A stretch of DNA of 64,000 nucleotides from Epiperipatus broadwayi (taxonomy: Eukaryota > Animalia > Onychophora): contig JAQFVV010000004.1 of NCBI GenBank assembly GCA_028023455.1, positions 17,546,001 to 17,610,000 of the forward strand, written 5' to 3'. Positions 25,001-40,000 of the stretch are shown here, one piece after another (position 1 is the stretch's first letter; every line of letters begins with the position of its first letter). The position numbers and the translations under genes were made by a program. The notes under the pieces were generated by a model. That model did no database searches. It worked only from the letters and a program-made list of their open reading frames with translations, and had not been told where the DNA came from.

Positions 25001-28000
25001 TAAAATCTGTGATTGTTCGTTTGTAAAATTAACATTAGATATAATTACAAAATTATTAACCTTTTTTTCCTTATTATAATTTTTTACCACAAAACAAATA
25101 ACTATTTTTTTTTATCCGATTCCATTTCATTAGAACACAACCATCTCCATTTATTACCATATTTCTTATTTAAGATCATTTTTTAATTTGCTATTATGAG
25201 TCAATAAACTACGAAAAACATACTCCAGTAATTCCGTAGATATATGTGTTTTTAAGATACTTTTCTGTTTATGTCTATTATATTTCCTAATATTACAATC
25301 TACATCTACATATTTTTCTTTCAAAAAGCATTCCAAAAACGTTCTCTGAATTTTATTACACAAACTTTTACTTTTATTAATTTTCTCATTATTAATTTTA
25401 AATCTACATGATGTGGGCATAATTCCATTGTTTTTACATTTATTTAAAAATGACAATTGATGTTTTAGTTCTCAATTCTTCTTTGTATATCCTATAACTT
25501 TTTAAATCTAATAAAATTAATATTATTCAAATTTGTATATTTGTTTAAATGAAGGTTTTAATGGTCAAAAGATGTATTATAATCATAGAAACTTAAAAAA
25601 ACAATCATCTACAATATTAAAATATGCAACTACCAATGTTTCAGCAGAATAACATTTGCCTTCAACTGCATAAAATCTTTGTAATAATTTGTAATAACAT
25701 GTTTACATAATTGCTTCCAAAATTTTCCATGAAATATATATATTTTTATAATTTTTTTTTCCTGTCCTTGAGATTATAAGCCAATCAAACAAATATTTTT
25801 TTTTTCTGTATTTTTCCATATTAAATTTATGTTTATATATAATGTACATTAAAGTGAAGATATTCATCAGTAGAAAATGTGAACACACACAATATTTATA
25901 TATTATAACAGTCGGGATGAAGAGACTCTTACATTTTATTTCTGCCGCCAGAGCGCCATCAGGTCTATTGAACCTGAAAATTTATATAGGCCGGCAGATA
26001 CTTACGGTAAGATCCAGAATTTAAATAAATACGACCAAAATGCCCCAGTCATTAGCTCATGGAGCAGCAGAGATAATATATATTTTATTTTAAAGAAAGA
26101 AAGATAAAAAATAAGAAAAAGCCACTGCCACATTAACAATACATAAACATTTATTTTACACATATATAAAATTCAGAGTTATTTATTTTAGTATAATGTT
26201 TACTTTAGATTTTGATTTAATTTACATTTTAATCTTTTATTTTAAAAATTCGCACAGATGGATTAATTAATATTTTATTAGTGTCAAGTATGGATAGACT
26301 GCATAGATTGCACTCGAAAAAGAAAATATACTATATTCCTTATTTAACCCCAGAACAAAAGTTCACAGTCAAACTAATGCCAATCCATCTGATATATTGA
26401 CATATTCAATGCAGCATGAATATGACAGCACAATATCATACTGTCAGAAATGTACATCTGAACAGCGTGGTTATTTGGAAAAAATGTCCCTCGTCCAGTA
26501 TAGGAATACTTCGTCTGTCTGGCGAAAAGAACAATAAAAAAAACTCCATAGAAAGGGATTGCGGTCCTTTTTGCTGACTTACTATCCCATTCCATTGTGA
26601 TCCAACAGGGGATACCATCTGCCTCCAATGGTCAATAAAAAATGGGACTATTTTGCCCAAGTGCAGCGTATAATGTGATCCTACACGTAGTGGATCTTCA
26701 TACTACATTTATTAATTACACCAATATATCCAACCCATTAACCCAATTTAACTGCGAAACAAATAACTTGTGATTAACCCTCCCTTAAACTAACATAACA
26801 TTATGAATCTATGCAGTCGTCCACATCCAACTTAATTTTAACATAATTTAAAAGTTTTAGCTTAATAAAAAAAAATTATAATAAACATTCAAAAAGACAA
26901 AAATAAATAAATTAATGGAAATGATTTAAAAATATATATAATAAAAATAATTATTAATAAATGACTTAGTTTGGTCAGATAGGGATTTATATTTATATTT
27001 AAATACTGGGAGAAGTTTTATATTTAAAGTTCATGAGTTATTTAGAGTTCTTATGATTTAAAAGTCCATTCTTTATAGTTGTTTGTGATTCGGATCCCGT
27101 GTTGTTTCTAATTCCTATGTCGTCCTGGGGACAGGTATGCTGTTAGCCGTTCTGTTGGTATTTATCCGGAGGTCCTTTGCTCTAGGTGGTGTAGTTCATT
27201 GCAGGATTTTATTGCAGGACCTTGGTGTCCTGGGGTCAGTAATATAGGAAAACGATATTTCATTTTTTCTTTTGGAAAAACTTAAGGGATTGAAAGTGTG
27301 TCTTTTCAATCCCTTCTCCTTCAACTCTCCCTGAAACTCAAAAAAACTGAAACTGACTTTTATTTCAAATATTTTCGTTTTTATATCAAACCTCCGGATT
27401 AACTGAACATGACGTCATGATGATGATTCTTTTGCTATGGTCCGTTTCCTAAAGGATTTTATTGGTTATTCTGTTCTTATTGTTTTTATCTCATACCTGA
27501 CCTTTAATCATAAATTTTGAGATGCCCAAGGGCTAATTTACTTAGACTAATTAAAAGTAATTATTTCCATTTTTAGCCTTTTACACAATAGAAATTAATA
27601 AGCATTTATTTTTATAGCACTATGTTTTATAAATTGTAATACATTAAAGATCAGCCTTTTCAAGCTATTGTGCATGCACTTTTTACGAGTGTTAATAATA
27701 AATGAATACTTTTATTCCCAACACAAGATATAGTATTTATGTAAGAATAAAATGAATCCACTTATTCTTTCCAACCCAAATGCTTATATATGGGCAAATC
27801 TTAAGTACTGGAAATGGAGCGTGAGGATAGACCACTCACTTTAAATTACTGTTTACGATGTCTGAATGAATGACGTCGACGAAATTATCTAGAATTTACT
27901 AAACGTCACTCTCAAATGAAACTTAAACATATGTAAATAATTAAATTTTATACATCCTTAAAGATATATTTTTATCTTGAAATCTTTTAAGTTTTTTTTC

Positions 28001-31000
28001 TTAAAATTTAGTTTTAAAATACTTTTTTTTATTTCTTAATAATGTTTTCTTTTAATATTTTTCCATCTGTGCGATTTTATATATATACGAATTTAGATGA
28101 CTTTTAATTTTCAATTCTTAAAAACAAATTTTTATTTGCAAACTTTTTTATTTTTAATTTCTAATTTTATTTATTAGAATAATGTAACAGTATGTGTGCC
28201 CATTAAATATATATATATATATTGTACCGTTTATTTATATATGGTACAAATATATTGGCATTTGGTAAAAGCTAAAAAATAAAAGTAAATTTAGATTTTT
28301 TTTTGAGTATAATTTATTTTGTTTAAAAAAACGTACAATGAAAATTAAATTGTTCTTTTGTATTTTTTTTTATGTAATTAGAAATAAAAGTTAAAATTGG
28401 AGAGAACAAAAGGCATGCAGATTACTAATCCTGATAAAGTAAAAGAATTCAAAAAGTAAAAAGATAAGCTAAAAGAAAAATATTTTGGCTAATTAAAGAT
28501 GGCCGAAAGATTTGCTAAAAAAAGAGAACTTTGTAAGGTAAATTTTATAAGGAATTACCAGATTAATTATCAGTGTATATTTTTTGATAAACAAAAGGAT
28601 GCGCAGAAGTCTGAAAACTGGGCCTCTAGTATAAAAAGACAGAGACCGGTTTGACGAAAGTCTTGTTTTTTCCTTTGGCTGGTTTTGGATTATTAAATCC
28701 AAGATCACTTCACGATAAAATAATCCTTCATGCGGGAATAGATCGGGGCTTTAGCTGACATCGTTAAAAAGATGGACACTAGAAAAGCTTCTGCGACTAG
28801 CCTTCGAAATAGACTACAAGATCAACTAATAATTAATGGCCGAGCATTCTAATCCAAAAAACTATGCATAGTAAACTACAACTTTTTCACTAAACTTACT
28901 GGTAAGCTATGACTCTTTATTATTCCCAATTATGACTAAATTGTCGACAAACCATTTTGCAAACAACTCGTAAAAATATACGTATAATAGAATCCCGATA
29001 GAGACTTTAATTTTTCTGTTCAAGAGACTTTTATTTATCCAATAATTTTTTTTTTAATTGTGAAACTTGTTTTTTATTAATGTATTCATATTTGGATTAG
29101 TGTGTGTTCTCTCCAGTTTATTTAATTTACAATTTAGCTTAAACAGATTTTTAATCTGTTAGAATAAAAATATTTCTTATATCAATTTTCATTTGTACGT
29201 TATTAATAATATTTATTAGTGTTTATTATTAAATTTATTATTAGTTTAGTAAGATTTAAAAATGTAATTTACCATTGCCAATATGTTATGAATAAGTTCC
29301 AGAAAAAATAATATATTTAAAAAATAATTTTCGTTACGGTAAAATTTAATACCGATTCTTTAAAAGCATTTTTTTTTTTTAATTTGCGAGATGTGCTGGC
29401 GACAGATTTTAACGGATTCTTATGAATCCTGGCGCCCAGATCAAATAAATTAAAAGCTGATATCGTCAATAGCACAATTCGTAACAATTATTAGGCTGAG
29501 TTGATCAGGAAATATAGTTATGTTTTTTGAGAAATAGAAATACAACTTCCTTCTTTTGACATAACTTGATCAACTCGCGCATTTATAATGCGTATAGAGG
29601 CCTAGCAAAACGGAAAACGTTATAATATATATATAATTTGTAATATGTTGGATTATTTTCATCTTCTAGAATTAGAAATGCAAACTTTACTTAAACTTTT
29701 CAAATATGTCAACTGTTAGTAATTTGAAAAGTTTTAATAAAGATTAAATTCTTTTAGAGATATTTAATAATTAATTCTAGATAATGGAAATATTCCCACA
29801 TATAGTCACAAGGAAATGCCATCCCACAAACTTTCAGACAAATATATATTATATCTACTACAAATCAAATTTCATTTTCATAGTTGTCATTGTTTAATAA
29901 TAACTTAGGCTGCAGGCAAAAATGAAATTCATTCTTGATAGTATAGCAACTAGACATTACTATGAGACCTTGCATATTGTTTACATATAGTCTTTAGAAC
30001 AGCCATGCTTGTGCTGTAAAAGTTTCTAATTTTATATATTAATGAAGAATCGAATTTCATAAGATCATTAAAAATGAACATTTAGCAGCAACTCAGCCAT
30101 GGAATGTGAATTTGAGTTGAATGTTTTAACATCATTTTCTTTATTGCATTGTTTAAATTGATTTCATATATAACAATTTAGACAGTATATAAAAATGGGC
30201 TCTATTTTTGTTGTCATAGCAATTGCATGTTAATGTTCTGAGAATTTAGACATTATTTACCTACAGCATTAGGAAAATTCTTTTGCTTTGAATATGTTTA
30301 TATTATATTTTCATAACCTAAACATTAAATGTTTTTCAGAAGTTCTTGTTTATAAGTTTAGGTAAAAGAACATTTCTATAAAGAAATATTAGTAAGTTGA
30401 TAATTTCTTATTCTGCTCTTTCACGTTCTTTGCATATCTTCATATATTCATATATATAACCAATATATATATAAGTTGATAATCCGGAACATAATTATTA
30501 TAGCTACTCATATACCGTCCCAGTTATTTTCTTCAGAATAATTATAAATTTTATTAAACGCACATTATTATATTAAATAATATTTACTAAGGCTGTAACC
30601 TTAGGAATAAGCGTCTGAAAAATTCGAAGGTAGGGACCTCTACAGGTCTTAGCCACCCTCTTTTCTTCCAAGCGTAAGCTTGTGACTAAGACCGGTAGAG
30701 GTCCCTACCTTCAAATTTTTCAGACGTTTATTCCTAAGGTTACAGCCTTAATAAATATTATTTCTTCAGAATAGTAGTATATTGGTCTTTTGTGTAACTT
30801 TATTCACAGAAAAAACTAAAGATGCATTTGACATATATCTTTGACCATTTCCATTATCTATTTTTAGTTGTAAAATGTTTTTTATTTTAAAAAATAAAAC
30901 TTTATTTAAACTTTTCAAATATATTCAATTTAACATATGAGTTACACAATGTTTTGAGTAATATTATTCTCCTCTCTTCTTCAAGTGTTGCTGCCTAACT

Positions 31001-34000
31001 AGTGACAGTATTAGCATGAAATTTGAAATGGCAACTTATAGATTTGTGAATACTGAATTTGAAATACTGCTCTACCATCTAAGTTTTGACAAAATAGCCA
31101 AGTTGTTTAGCAGAGAAATTAAATTGTTAGCTTTTAGATTCATAAATAATGAATTTGAATTTTCACTTTAATCACTTAGGCTTTGACAGAATACCTAGCT
31201 TATTTTACAGTGTCACTTTTAATTCATGAATCTAATGTTCACTGATTCTATTTCTGTATTAGAACTGTCACTAGTCAAGCCAACAATATATGAAGAATAA
31301 AAAGAATACTATCATTTGACATATTGTGTTATATACGAACCTAGATATTATTACTTGTAATTGAATATGTTTGAAAAGCTGAAATAAAGTTTGAATTCTT
31401 CTAAATCATTTAACAATTATAAGTACATGATGGAAATGGTACAAAATGTATTACAAATGTGACATATACATGTAAAATTGGGCTGTTGTAAAATACTTTT
31501 GTTTTTAAAAGTTGTTTTATTTTGCATTATATATATTGTAAGTTTAATGATTTTGCAATAACTTGGAAAATAAAAATATTATTTTTATAACAACATTTAA
31601 TTTATTAAATTGATATTTTCATATAACCAAAGTAGTCTCAAAAAATGTTAACTTTTGCCAAATTCTCATCTCCATATTTAATTCATAATTGAATTTCAAT
31701 CATAATTTGATAAATGAAATTGCAATTAAATATAGCAATATCTTTATTATTATTATTACATCTGATGAAATGACAATCAAAAACAGAAGAAATGCATTGT
31801 TGTTATTATATATAGGTACATCAAATTAATGCATGTTATTCTACAATTTATTTACATTTTTGATTTATGATTTGGTGATGCAATAAATGTAAAAAATATC
31901 AGTAATATAACTAATAAAACTTATTTAATCACAAGTTTTGCCCCATTATGAGATTTGGAATTAACAATATAAATTTCTTTTTCCAATCTTTTCAGTTCAA
32001 TAAATCATTACACACTTATCAGGTCTCTCTTCATTATTTATATCAATGTTCTTTTTATTTTACTAGGAGAATTTTCCAATTTTACTATTTTTCTTTCATA
32101 CTTTTTTCAACTTTTTCAATTTTTAATAATTATCACTGTTTAACAGACTCACAAATTCTTAAACATTTAATTTTCAGTTCATTCTAACAGGCTTTAACTC
32201 TCTTCTGTATAATATAGATGTATATAATACCACTTAATGCCACATACATAATTAATTCTCAATTTATCAAAGAAAATTTTCCTTTTATTTTTATAGCAAT
32301 ATATCATTTTATATTTTTATTTATAAAAGAGATTGCCTTTTTTTTTCTTCTGTATTTTAGTTTTTTTATAACTTTTATAATATTTTATTCATCAAAAATG
32401 CGAGGAATAGATAGTTTGTTCTATTCTTAATAGTTTGCTTTTACAAATGCAGTGGGTTTATTGATTCACAGCCTAAAGGAACTTAGTTAATGCCAATTCT
32501 ATATCATATATGTCAATGCTGTGCTTATTTAATATTTATAATTATTTGATTTTCAATTTGATTATCAAAATACAATCTTTATCCTTTGTTTAATTAATGA
32601 TGATTTCATATTTAATAATACTACATTTACATCTCCTTAAGTATTATTCCTATTCCAAATTACAATATGGTTAGCAAACTAACATTATTATCATTGAAAA
32701 CACAATGAATAGGCAGTTCATTCTGTTCTTTATAATAGTGGGTTTGTTTATTGATTCACAGTGAGAGCAAGCTTAGTTAACTCCAATTCTACTTATTAAT
32801 AGTAATAATAAGAATAGCATCAATAAAACAAAAATAATGACAACATTAATAATTACAATCCCTTCTAATAACAATTGTATTAAGAATCTTCTCTGCAAAG
32901 TTAAAATTTAAAACATGTAATTTAAAAACAATATAAATTAATATAAGAATATTATTTTATAAAAAAATGTATAAAATATTTACCATTTGAGATGATAAAA
33001 ACCGTAATCGTGTTCAGTAAGCATAACAAGAGTACGTAAAGAAGGTAGAAGAGATGCGTAACTGTGGGTGCTGGTGTTAATGTGTTCAAGTAAAGAACTA
33101 CAGATCAAAGTCATCTGTTCCTTGTTTGGGAGAGAATTGCTTAACTTTAAAAAAAAAAAAACAACATAATTTTAAAAAAAGAAAGATGTATTTATTTTCT
33201 ATCTACAAAAATGTAATCAAATTTACATAGATTAGAGAAATTTGTTAATAATAAAAATTAGTTAATTTAAAATAGTTTCGAACAATTTAATAAAATAATT
33301 AAGTTATATACCTGTTCCAATGGTGTTAATGTTGGTTCCCCAGTCATCAACGTTATTTCTGTGTCACACATAGATTGGACAATAGACTAAAAAGACAGCA
33401 TATACTTAAAAAATAAAATTTTAAGCTACAACATTTAAATGAAAACTATACTTCAAGAATGTAAAGAATATATATTATATACTATTGATAATAATCTATA
33501 ATTAATAACATTAAAACTTTCTTCATGTGCATACAGCATAAACATTTTTTTTTTTTGAAATTTTTAGATATTTAATCATGTGATAAATATATTATACAAA
33601 TAATACATAATTATTATCCATCTTGAAATGCAAAATAATTCCAAAAGAAATATTTACATGCAATATAAAGATGATATTTAATATTATTAATCATCTCCAA
33701 AAGACTGGTAAAACATAATACACAGACCACTTTTTTCCAAGCTCTATCATCAAGTTCACAATTATTTCCTTATTTCTTCAACTTCTCATTCAGAGCAGTC
33801 TAAAAATATCCTAAATCCAAAACAATTCAATAAACAATATTTTTTATTAACTGAACTTCTTAATCCATCAAAAACTTTTTTTAATCAAAAAAATTATCAT
33901 CTTAATTTATCATTATTTCCATCATCATTTAACTAATTTCTTGGGTATTTAAAATCACTAACTTCCCTATAAGTTTTGACACACTTAAATTTTGATTCAT

Positions 34001-37000
34001 CCATCTATTTTTATTGCTTTAGTTTAATTGTATTTATTCCTATTTCAAATTTAATGCAAAGTCCAATCAATTTTACAAGCATTCGGCTCAGTTCTTCTTT
34101 CTTAGTATCCACAAATACTATATCATATTAACAAGAAAGTTATTCAATAAAATCTCCATTCTCAATGTTAGCTTATTACTTATAAAGATTTTTAGAAACT
34201 CATCCAATTAAATAAACATAAAAAAATCAATACTCCTATATCTATTTCTGAAAGACCATTAAATCTTACAAATATTTTCAGACCATAAGTCTTCCAAATA
34301 TTTTCATATATAAACTTCCTAAAAGTTATCTTTTTTTTCAATCAATGCCTGTGTTTTTCTGATTCCAGACAAAAACATTTTTAATTAGTTAAAAAAAAAA
34401 ATAGTGACATTTTAACAACATTGTCCTAAAATCTGCCCATTTTACAATATTATGCTTTTTTCCTACTGTATAATTGTGAAAGTTGTGATATAATTTAGTT
34501 GTCTATAATTATATTCACAGTGTATAATAGTAATGTTTGAAAACCATTTTATTAATGATAAAATATGAGTTTTTGAATATGTATAAATAAAATCCTACAA
34601 ACAAAGTTTCACATCACATTAGTAGCTTATATTTAAAATCTATCATTTACTTTATCGATTCATTCTATAGCTATCTATATACGCACAAGTAATTGTCAAT
34701 GAACAACAGATAACAGAAACAAATAAACCTCTTAACTAGTTCCGTATATTGGCTTCATCAGTGAGAAGAACTAGATTGTATATATCATTTTTTAAAAATA
34801 ATCAATTTAAAACAAAATTGAACTAGACAACTCACTATAAATAAAAATATTATTTAACACATCAATCCTGCATACATTCCTTAATGGAACCTTTTCAAAA
34901 TATTTCTTTTATACACAATCACATAACCAATTACCCTAAGTAACACCTCCCAATGGGCATTATTTACATTACATTTCAATAAATATAATTATTAAACTAC
35001 AAACATTAAATATAATTAGTAAAATACATATATATACATAAAAATGATTAAACTTATTACAGTCTTTTTTTTTTTTTAACTCATAATATATATATATTTA
35101 CAAATAATCTAAAAAAAAAAAACCAATAATAATAATCCCTTCCTTCTTATTTTTAAAATTATAACTCTAAAGTTTCCAATAATCTAACAATTCCTATTTC
35201 CCCTCTAATTGTGCTGGACCACACATTTGTTTAAATTTTCTTGAATATACAAAGTTTCATAATATTTTCTTTCCTTATAATTTTTAGCATATTTTATTAT
35301 CTGAATATTTTTTTCACAATTTATTTTATGTCCAGTATTCAAAAAATGTATATATGACCCTGATCTTATATAAAATGAATTGTGAAAAAAATATTCAGAT
35401 AATAAAGTAAGTTAAAAATTACAATAAAAGAAAATCTTATGAAACGTTGTATATTCAAGAAAATTTAAACAAATGGGTAAACATGATTAAAGGTTCAGCA
35501 CAATTAGGGGAAAATGGGCAATGTTACATTATTGGAAATTTTAAAAATAAAAGAAGGGGATTATTATTATTGTTTTTTTTTTGAACTGTAATAAGTTTAA
35601 TCATTTTTATATACATATATGTATTTTACTAATTATATTTAATGCCTGTATTTTAATAACTATGTTTATTGCAATGTAATGTAAATAATGCCCATTGGGG
35701 GAGTTACTGTAGGGTAATTGATCATGTGATTTCGTATAAAAGAAACGTCTTGAAAAGATTCCATTAAGGAATGAAAGCCGGATTGATGTATTAAATAATA
35801 TTTTTATTTATAGAGAATTGTCTATTTCAATTTTGTTTTAAATTGATTATTTTTAATTTTATATATAGAAGGCAACATTATGGACAAATTTTAACACTGA
35901 AATTTGATCTTTAAAGTATATCATTTTTTATATTATTCAATATAATGACTTTGAAACCAAGCCAACTAACTCACTTGAATAGCTATATAGATCTAACACT
36001 AAGTTATCAGGTATAGATTTTATTAACCCAGTTATATAACTAATTTTAGAAACTTTTGACTATGCAATGTAAAATCATTTTGTCAAAAATTGAAAGTATC
36101 TCAGTAAACAGGCAGTTATTGACATAATATCACAGACTATTATAATTATGTAAATAAGTTGGCTTAAATTTGTGACTTTGAAGTCATTATTTTGAACATT
36201 ATAAACAAAATAAAGATGATTGCTTGATTATTCTAGAATTTGATAGAAACTATAATCTGATGCCCATTAATTACACTTTACTTATATAAATGACTTTAGA
36301 ATAGAATGGATTATTGCTTTAAGAGATCTTCAAAATAACTATTATTATTATGTGCGTTAATGTATACAAAATATTTGCCAAATTGCTTTTTCTCTCTTTT
36401 AATTATTATAAGCTCAAAGCATTATGTACACAAATTAATTATTTTTTCATGAGATAAAAATATTTCATAAACTTTTCAGATTACCATAGCTGCATCTTCT
36501 CTATATTATATTAAGCATATCAGAGTACAAGCCTTTTTAAAAAAGATATGTTACCTATGACAAATAAATCAATATATTTTGATTAAAAAGTTACTGTATA
36601 ATGAAACTCTATTTATGAATATATATATATAATTTTGTCTATTGTTTAAATAAATATTACCACAATACATTCTTGAGCTTGAATGTGCGAAGGTTTTTCT
36701 GAAACTAAATTGAGCAGTGTAAGAAGTCTGTAAAAAAGTTCAGCATATTTTTCATCGGTTTTGGAACTAAATAAACATAAAATGAGATTATAAAATAATA
36801 GCCATTATAAAAAAAAAGACAGAAAAATTTTGTGAATAATATTAATATTGCTAACCTCGATCGAAATAGCTGCATAATGGGGGCTTTAATAGCAGCATTA
36901 GAAATAAGGTAAGCTAATAAGTTAAGAATGCGCGAAGTGTGGCCTGAGATTCCTTTATCTTGTTCAGAGGAAAGTTCTTCTTCCTTAATTTCTTCTTTCT

Positions 37001-40000
37001 GTTCTATAGGGCTTTCCAAACTTTCTATTAAAACATCTAATAGTGCTCTAAATATATATATATACACAAACAATGGTGAGAGAATTCATAAACTGGAAAG
37101 AAACAAATACATGTGTATAACTCTTTAAAATTTTTATCAAATTTTATTACCTGACTACCACCAGTGCTGTAGGTGCTGCAAGGTCTGCTAGCTGAACACT
37201 CACTCTCCTCAAAATATCCTGTAGTGGCTGACAGCTAGATCCTTAAAAAAAGAGAAAAAAACATTAACAATTCAGAAATTACATAAAAATATAATTAGAA
37301 ACATGTTTTAGAATATTTAATAACCATATTTTTATTTTATTGAAGAAACAAAAAAACAAAACAGTAATTTTAAGCTGTATCAAGCAATCCTTGCTTAATC
37401 AAGAATCCATTAAGCAGCTAATAATTTGATTTTGGTCAAAAGCAAAAAACTAAACTAAAACTAGAATAGCTATATATAATTGGGTATAAAGTGCACTTTA
37501 AAAATAACAAAAAATATTGCTCCATACTTTTACCAGAAAAGCAATCAATGGCCAGCAAGATGCTTAAATAAAAAAGATAAATCACAAATCCAGTCGAACT
37601 GTATTTTCAACTAAAATTTAAAAACTCATATCAATCATTGTGACAATCACAACAAGAAAAGATATATCTTCAGCAACACTCCAATCTAGACCTAAATCAT
37701 GAATTTTGGAGCATCTTTGCATCAAAATAGTTAGAGATGAATTGAAGAAACTTAATAGCTTGATATCTATTAATATCAAACTTAATGCTTAATTTTAAAT
37801 ATCATGCACCAAATATTTTTTATGCATAGAAACTTTAAACTTCATTTTCAAGAGTAATCCGTATTTTATCTTATAAACTTTTAAAAATTATTTCAATAGC
37901 AATAAATGAGGCATATATCATATATGCTCATAATAGTTATAGAATCGTTTAGCAAATTAAGCAATCAATACAATTAAGCATATGTTTAAAATGTATTTTG
38001 CATACTGGCTATCAATCACATTGAGAAGACAACAAAAAAAGTCCCCTTAAATATATACTTTTTGAAGAGACAAAAATTATTAAACTAATGTAACATACAT
38101 TACATGATTGCTCATCTAAGCTTTACACTTCAAATTAAAATGTGAAGAAAAAAATATATATGCAAAATTTTTCACATTACAAGTATTTGATGGAAATTAT
38201 GGCAGAAAATTTATATAAATATCAATCCTTACACAGGCACTTTATGAGATGGTACTTTAAGTTCTCTATGATTTATAAATGCCTGGCAAATGGTAACATT
38301 AAGAACATTCAGTAGTTGTTAAAAAATAAATAAATTATATTTTAGAATCTATTGTTTGCATCAGATGACAAAGTATAAACAATGTTCCAATTGAATGTGA
38401 GACTAAATATGAATTTGTTATGAGGTAGTAAATTCAGCAGGAGAATTGGATTTCTATTTTCAGCAGTTGTTCACCAAAATTAATGATCTCAAATTATATA
38501 TTAAAGTCAAGATTCAGTAATAATTGCTATAGTAGATATCTATAGCAACTAGAATGAGTTGTACTTTTATAAATATTTTATTACTCTTTTAATATGGTGA
38601 TCAAGATATTTTGTATTATATAAATTGTCCTCAGAAATAGCAGTTCTTTTCAAGACATCAATTTCATTTAATTTAGTTAAAAAATGTTGTACTATAACAG
38701 ATGATCCAACAATAAGCACATCATAAACATATCTAAAATAAACGTTAATATCTAATTGGAAAAAAAACTCAGGAATCCCATGAATTATCCTTCTTCCATT
38801 TTATAGAATTGATTTTTATAGCTAACATTAATACATTTTTAACATGTTTAAAGTTGCATACTTGTTTATTATACATACATTGATCAATAACTTAAATTAA
38901 ATCTTTTTTTTAATTTTTTATAAACTCATAAAATTCTGTAACAATCAGGGTAAATAATCTATCTTCTTCAGCCAAAACCAACTTGTCAATCTTTTTGACC
39001 AAATCAAATGAAATCATATGTTTACCAAATCCTAATTCATCTTGCAAAAACTTTCCAGCACAAACTGCTGTTTGATAAAACATATAATCTTCAAAATCCA
39101 ATATAAGCTTGATAGGTACATTTTCTTTATGTATTTTTAAATTTCCAAAATCCTTGGCATAATAGTAGTTGATGGATAAATAACTAAATATATTTTTTTA
39201 TTAAAGAATTTATTTAAATGAGATTTAAGTGTAGAGTTAATAAACTTCATTCTCACTGTATCAACAAAATAAGAATCCAATAATAAATGTAAACAGGAAA
39301 TTAACATAGTTTAATGTATATGTAACAAAGAGGAGAAAACCAGTTCTCTCTAAATAGCAATCTAAATGTTGAATAAAGAACTAAGTATAGAATGGAATTC
39401 ACTTATTCTTGAAACTTTTAATGTAAATAAGCTTACCCTTGTCAACACCAGTGAAAATTCTGAGTGAAATTAATATATTAAGTAGCTAGAATATGTCATT
39501 TAATAATCAACTATATTTCTGCATATACTGCATCAAAATATCTGACATAAAAAGTAACCAAATATTAGCTTTCATTATTTATAGTTTTTCTGTTGATCAT
39601 TTGTTTTGAGGATTAACTTTTAGCAAAGAATTACATTGTTTTCTTTTCTGTTTTGTGCTGATAGAGTTATTGTATCACATCTGTATAATTTATTCAGCTT
39701 AAGAATAAAAACACTTTGATGTAATTTTTTTTAACAATTCCATTCTTTCATAAATTGTTAAAAGGAGATGCTTGTATTTCACAACACTATAGGAAAATAT
39801 ATCTGCATTACAATCCATAGCTTCTATTCTACTGTATAATTAAAGCAAGGAAAAAACACACTATACTAAACTGAGATTGCATATAATGAATTGTAGTTTA
39901 ATAATAACAAGAACATGTTAATGCCAATAAAGCACTTTTATGTAGGACGCATGCATAGTATATAAATTATAGTTGTTGTGCATATTTTTCTTATTTCATA

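Larger units (their letters stand above)
19244..25850 (-). mobile_element. Decayed near-full-length Penelope-like element, interrupted by a LINE at 19376-22955
   Basis: N-terminus (ORF 25166..25456), ILHKGTKY, SEDKG, RT GCSISV...RYVDDIIV, GIY-YIG (DIYMDQIGK...EH...HFLDTGH). The 3' UTR is split between 22960-23300 and 19244-19375. Confidence 0.88.

Noticed and set aside
31900-32430. A-rich minus-strand stretch resembling a PLE N-terminus, and its F/I-rich plus-strand ORFs
   Set aside because: No diagnostic motif could be read. The plus-strand ORFs are low-complexity antisense artefacts.
32448-32790. ~55 bp imperfect direct repeat (32448 and 32735)
   Set aside because: Real but short, with no interpretable structure or internal coding signal.
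33650-34400. Possible decayed LINE endonuclease region on the minus strand
   Set aside because: Only a vague YDIVFVDT similarity; too degraded to call.
36705-37073. ORF-track 122 aa ORF treated as a single CDS
   Set aside because: It reads through an 89 bp intron into the wrong frame. The real structure is two exons.
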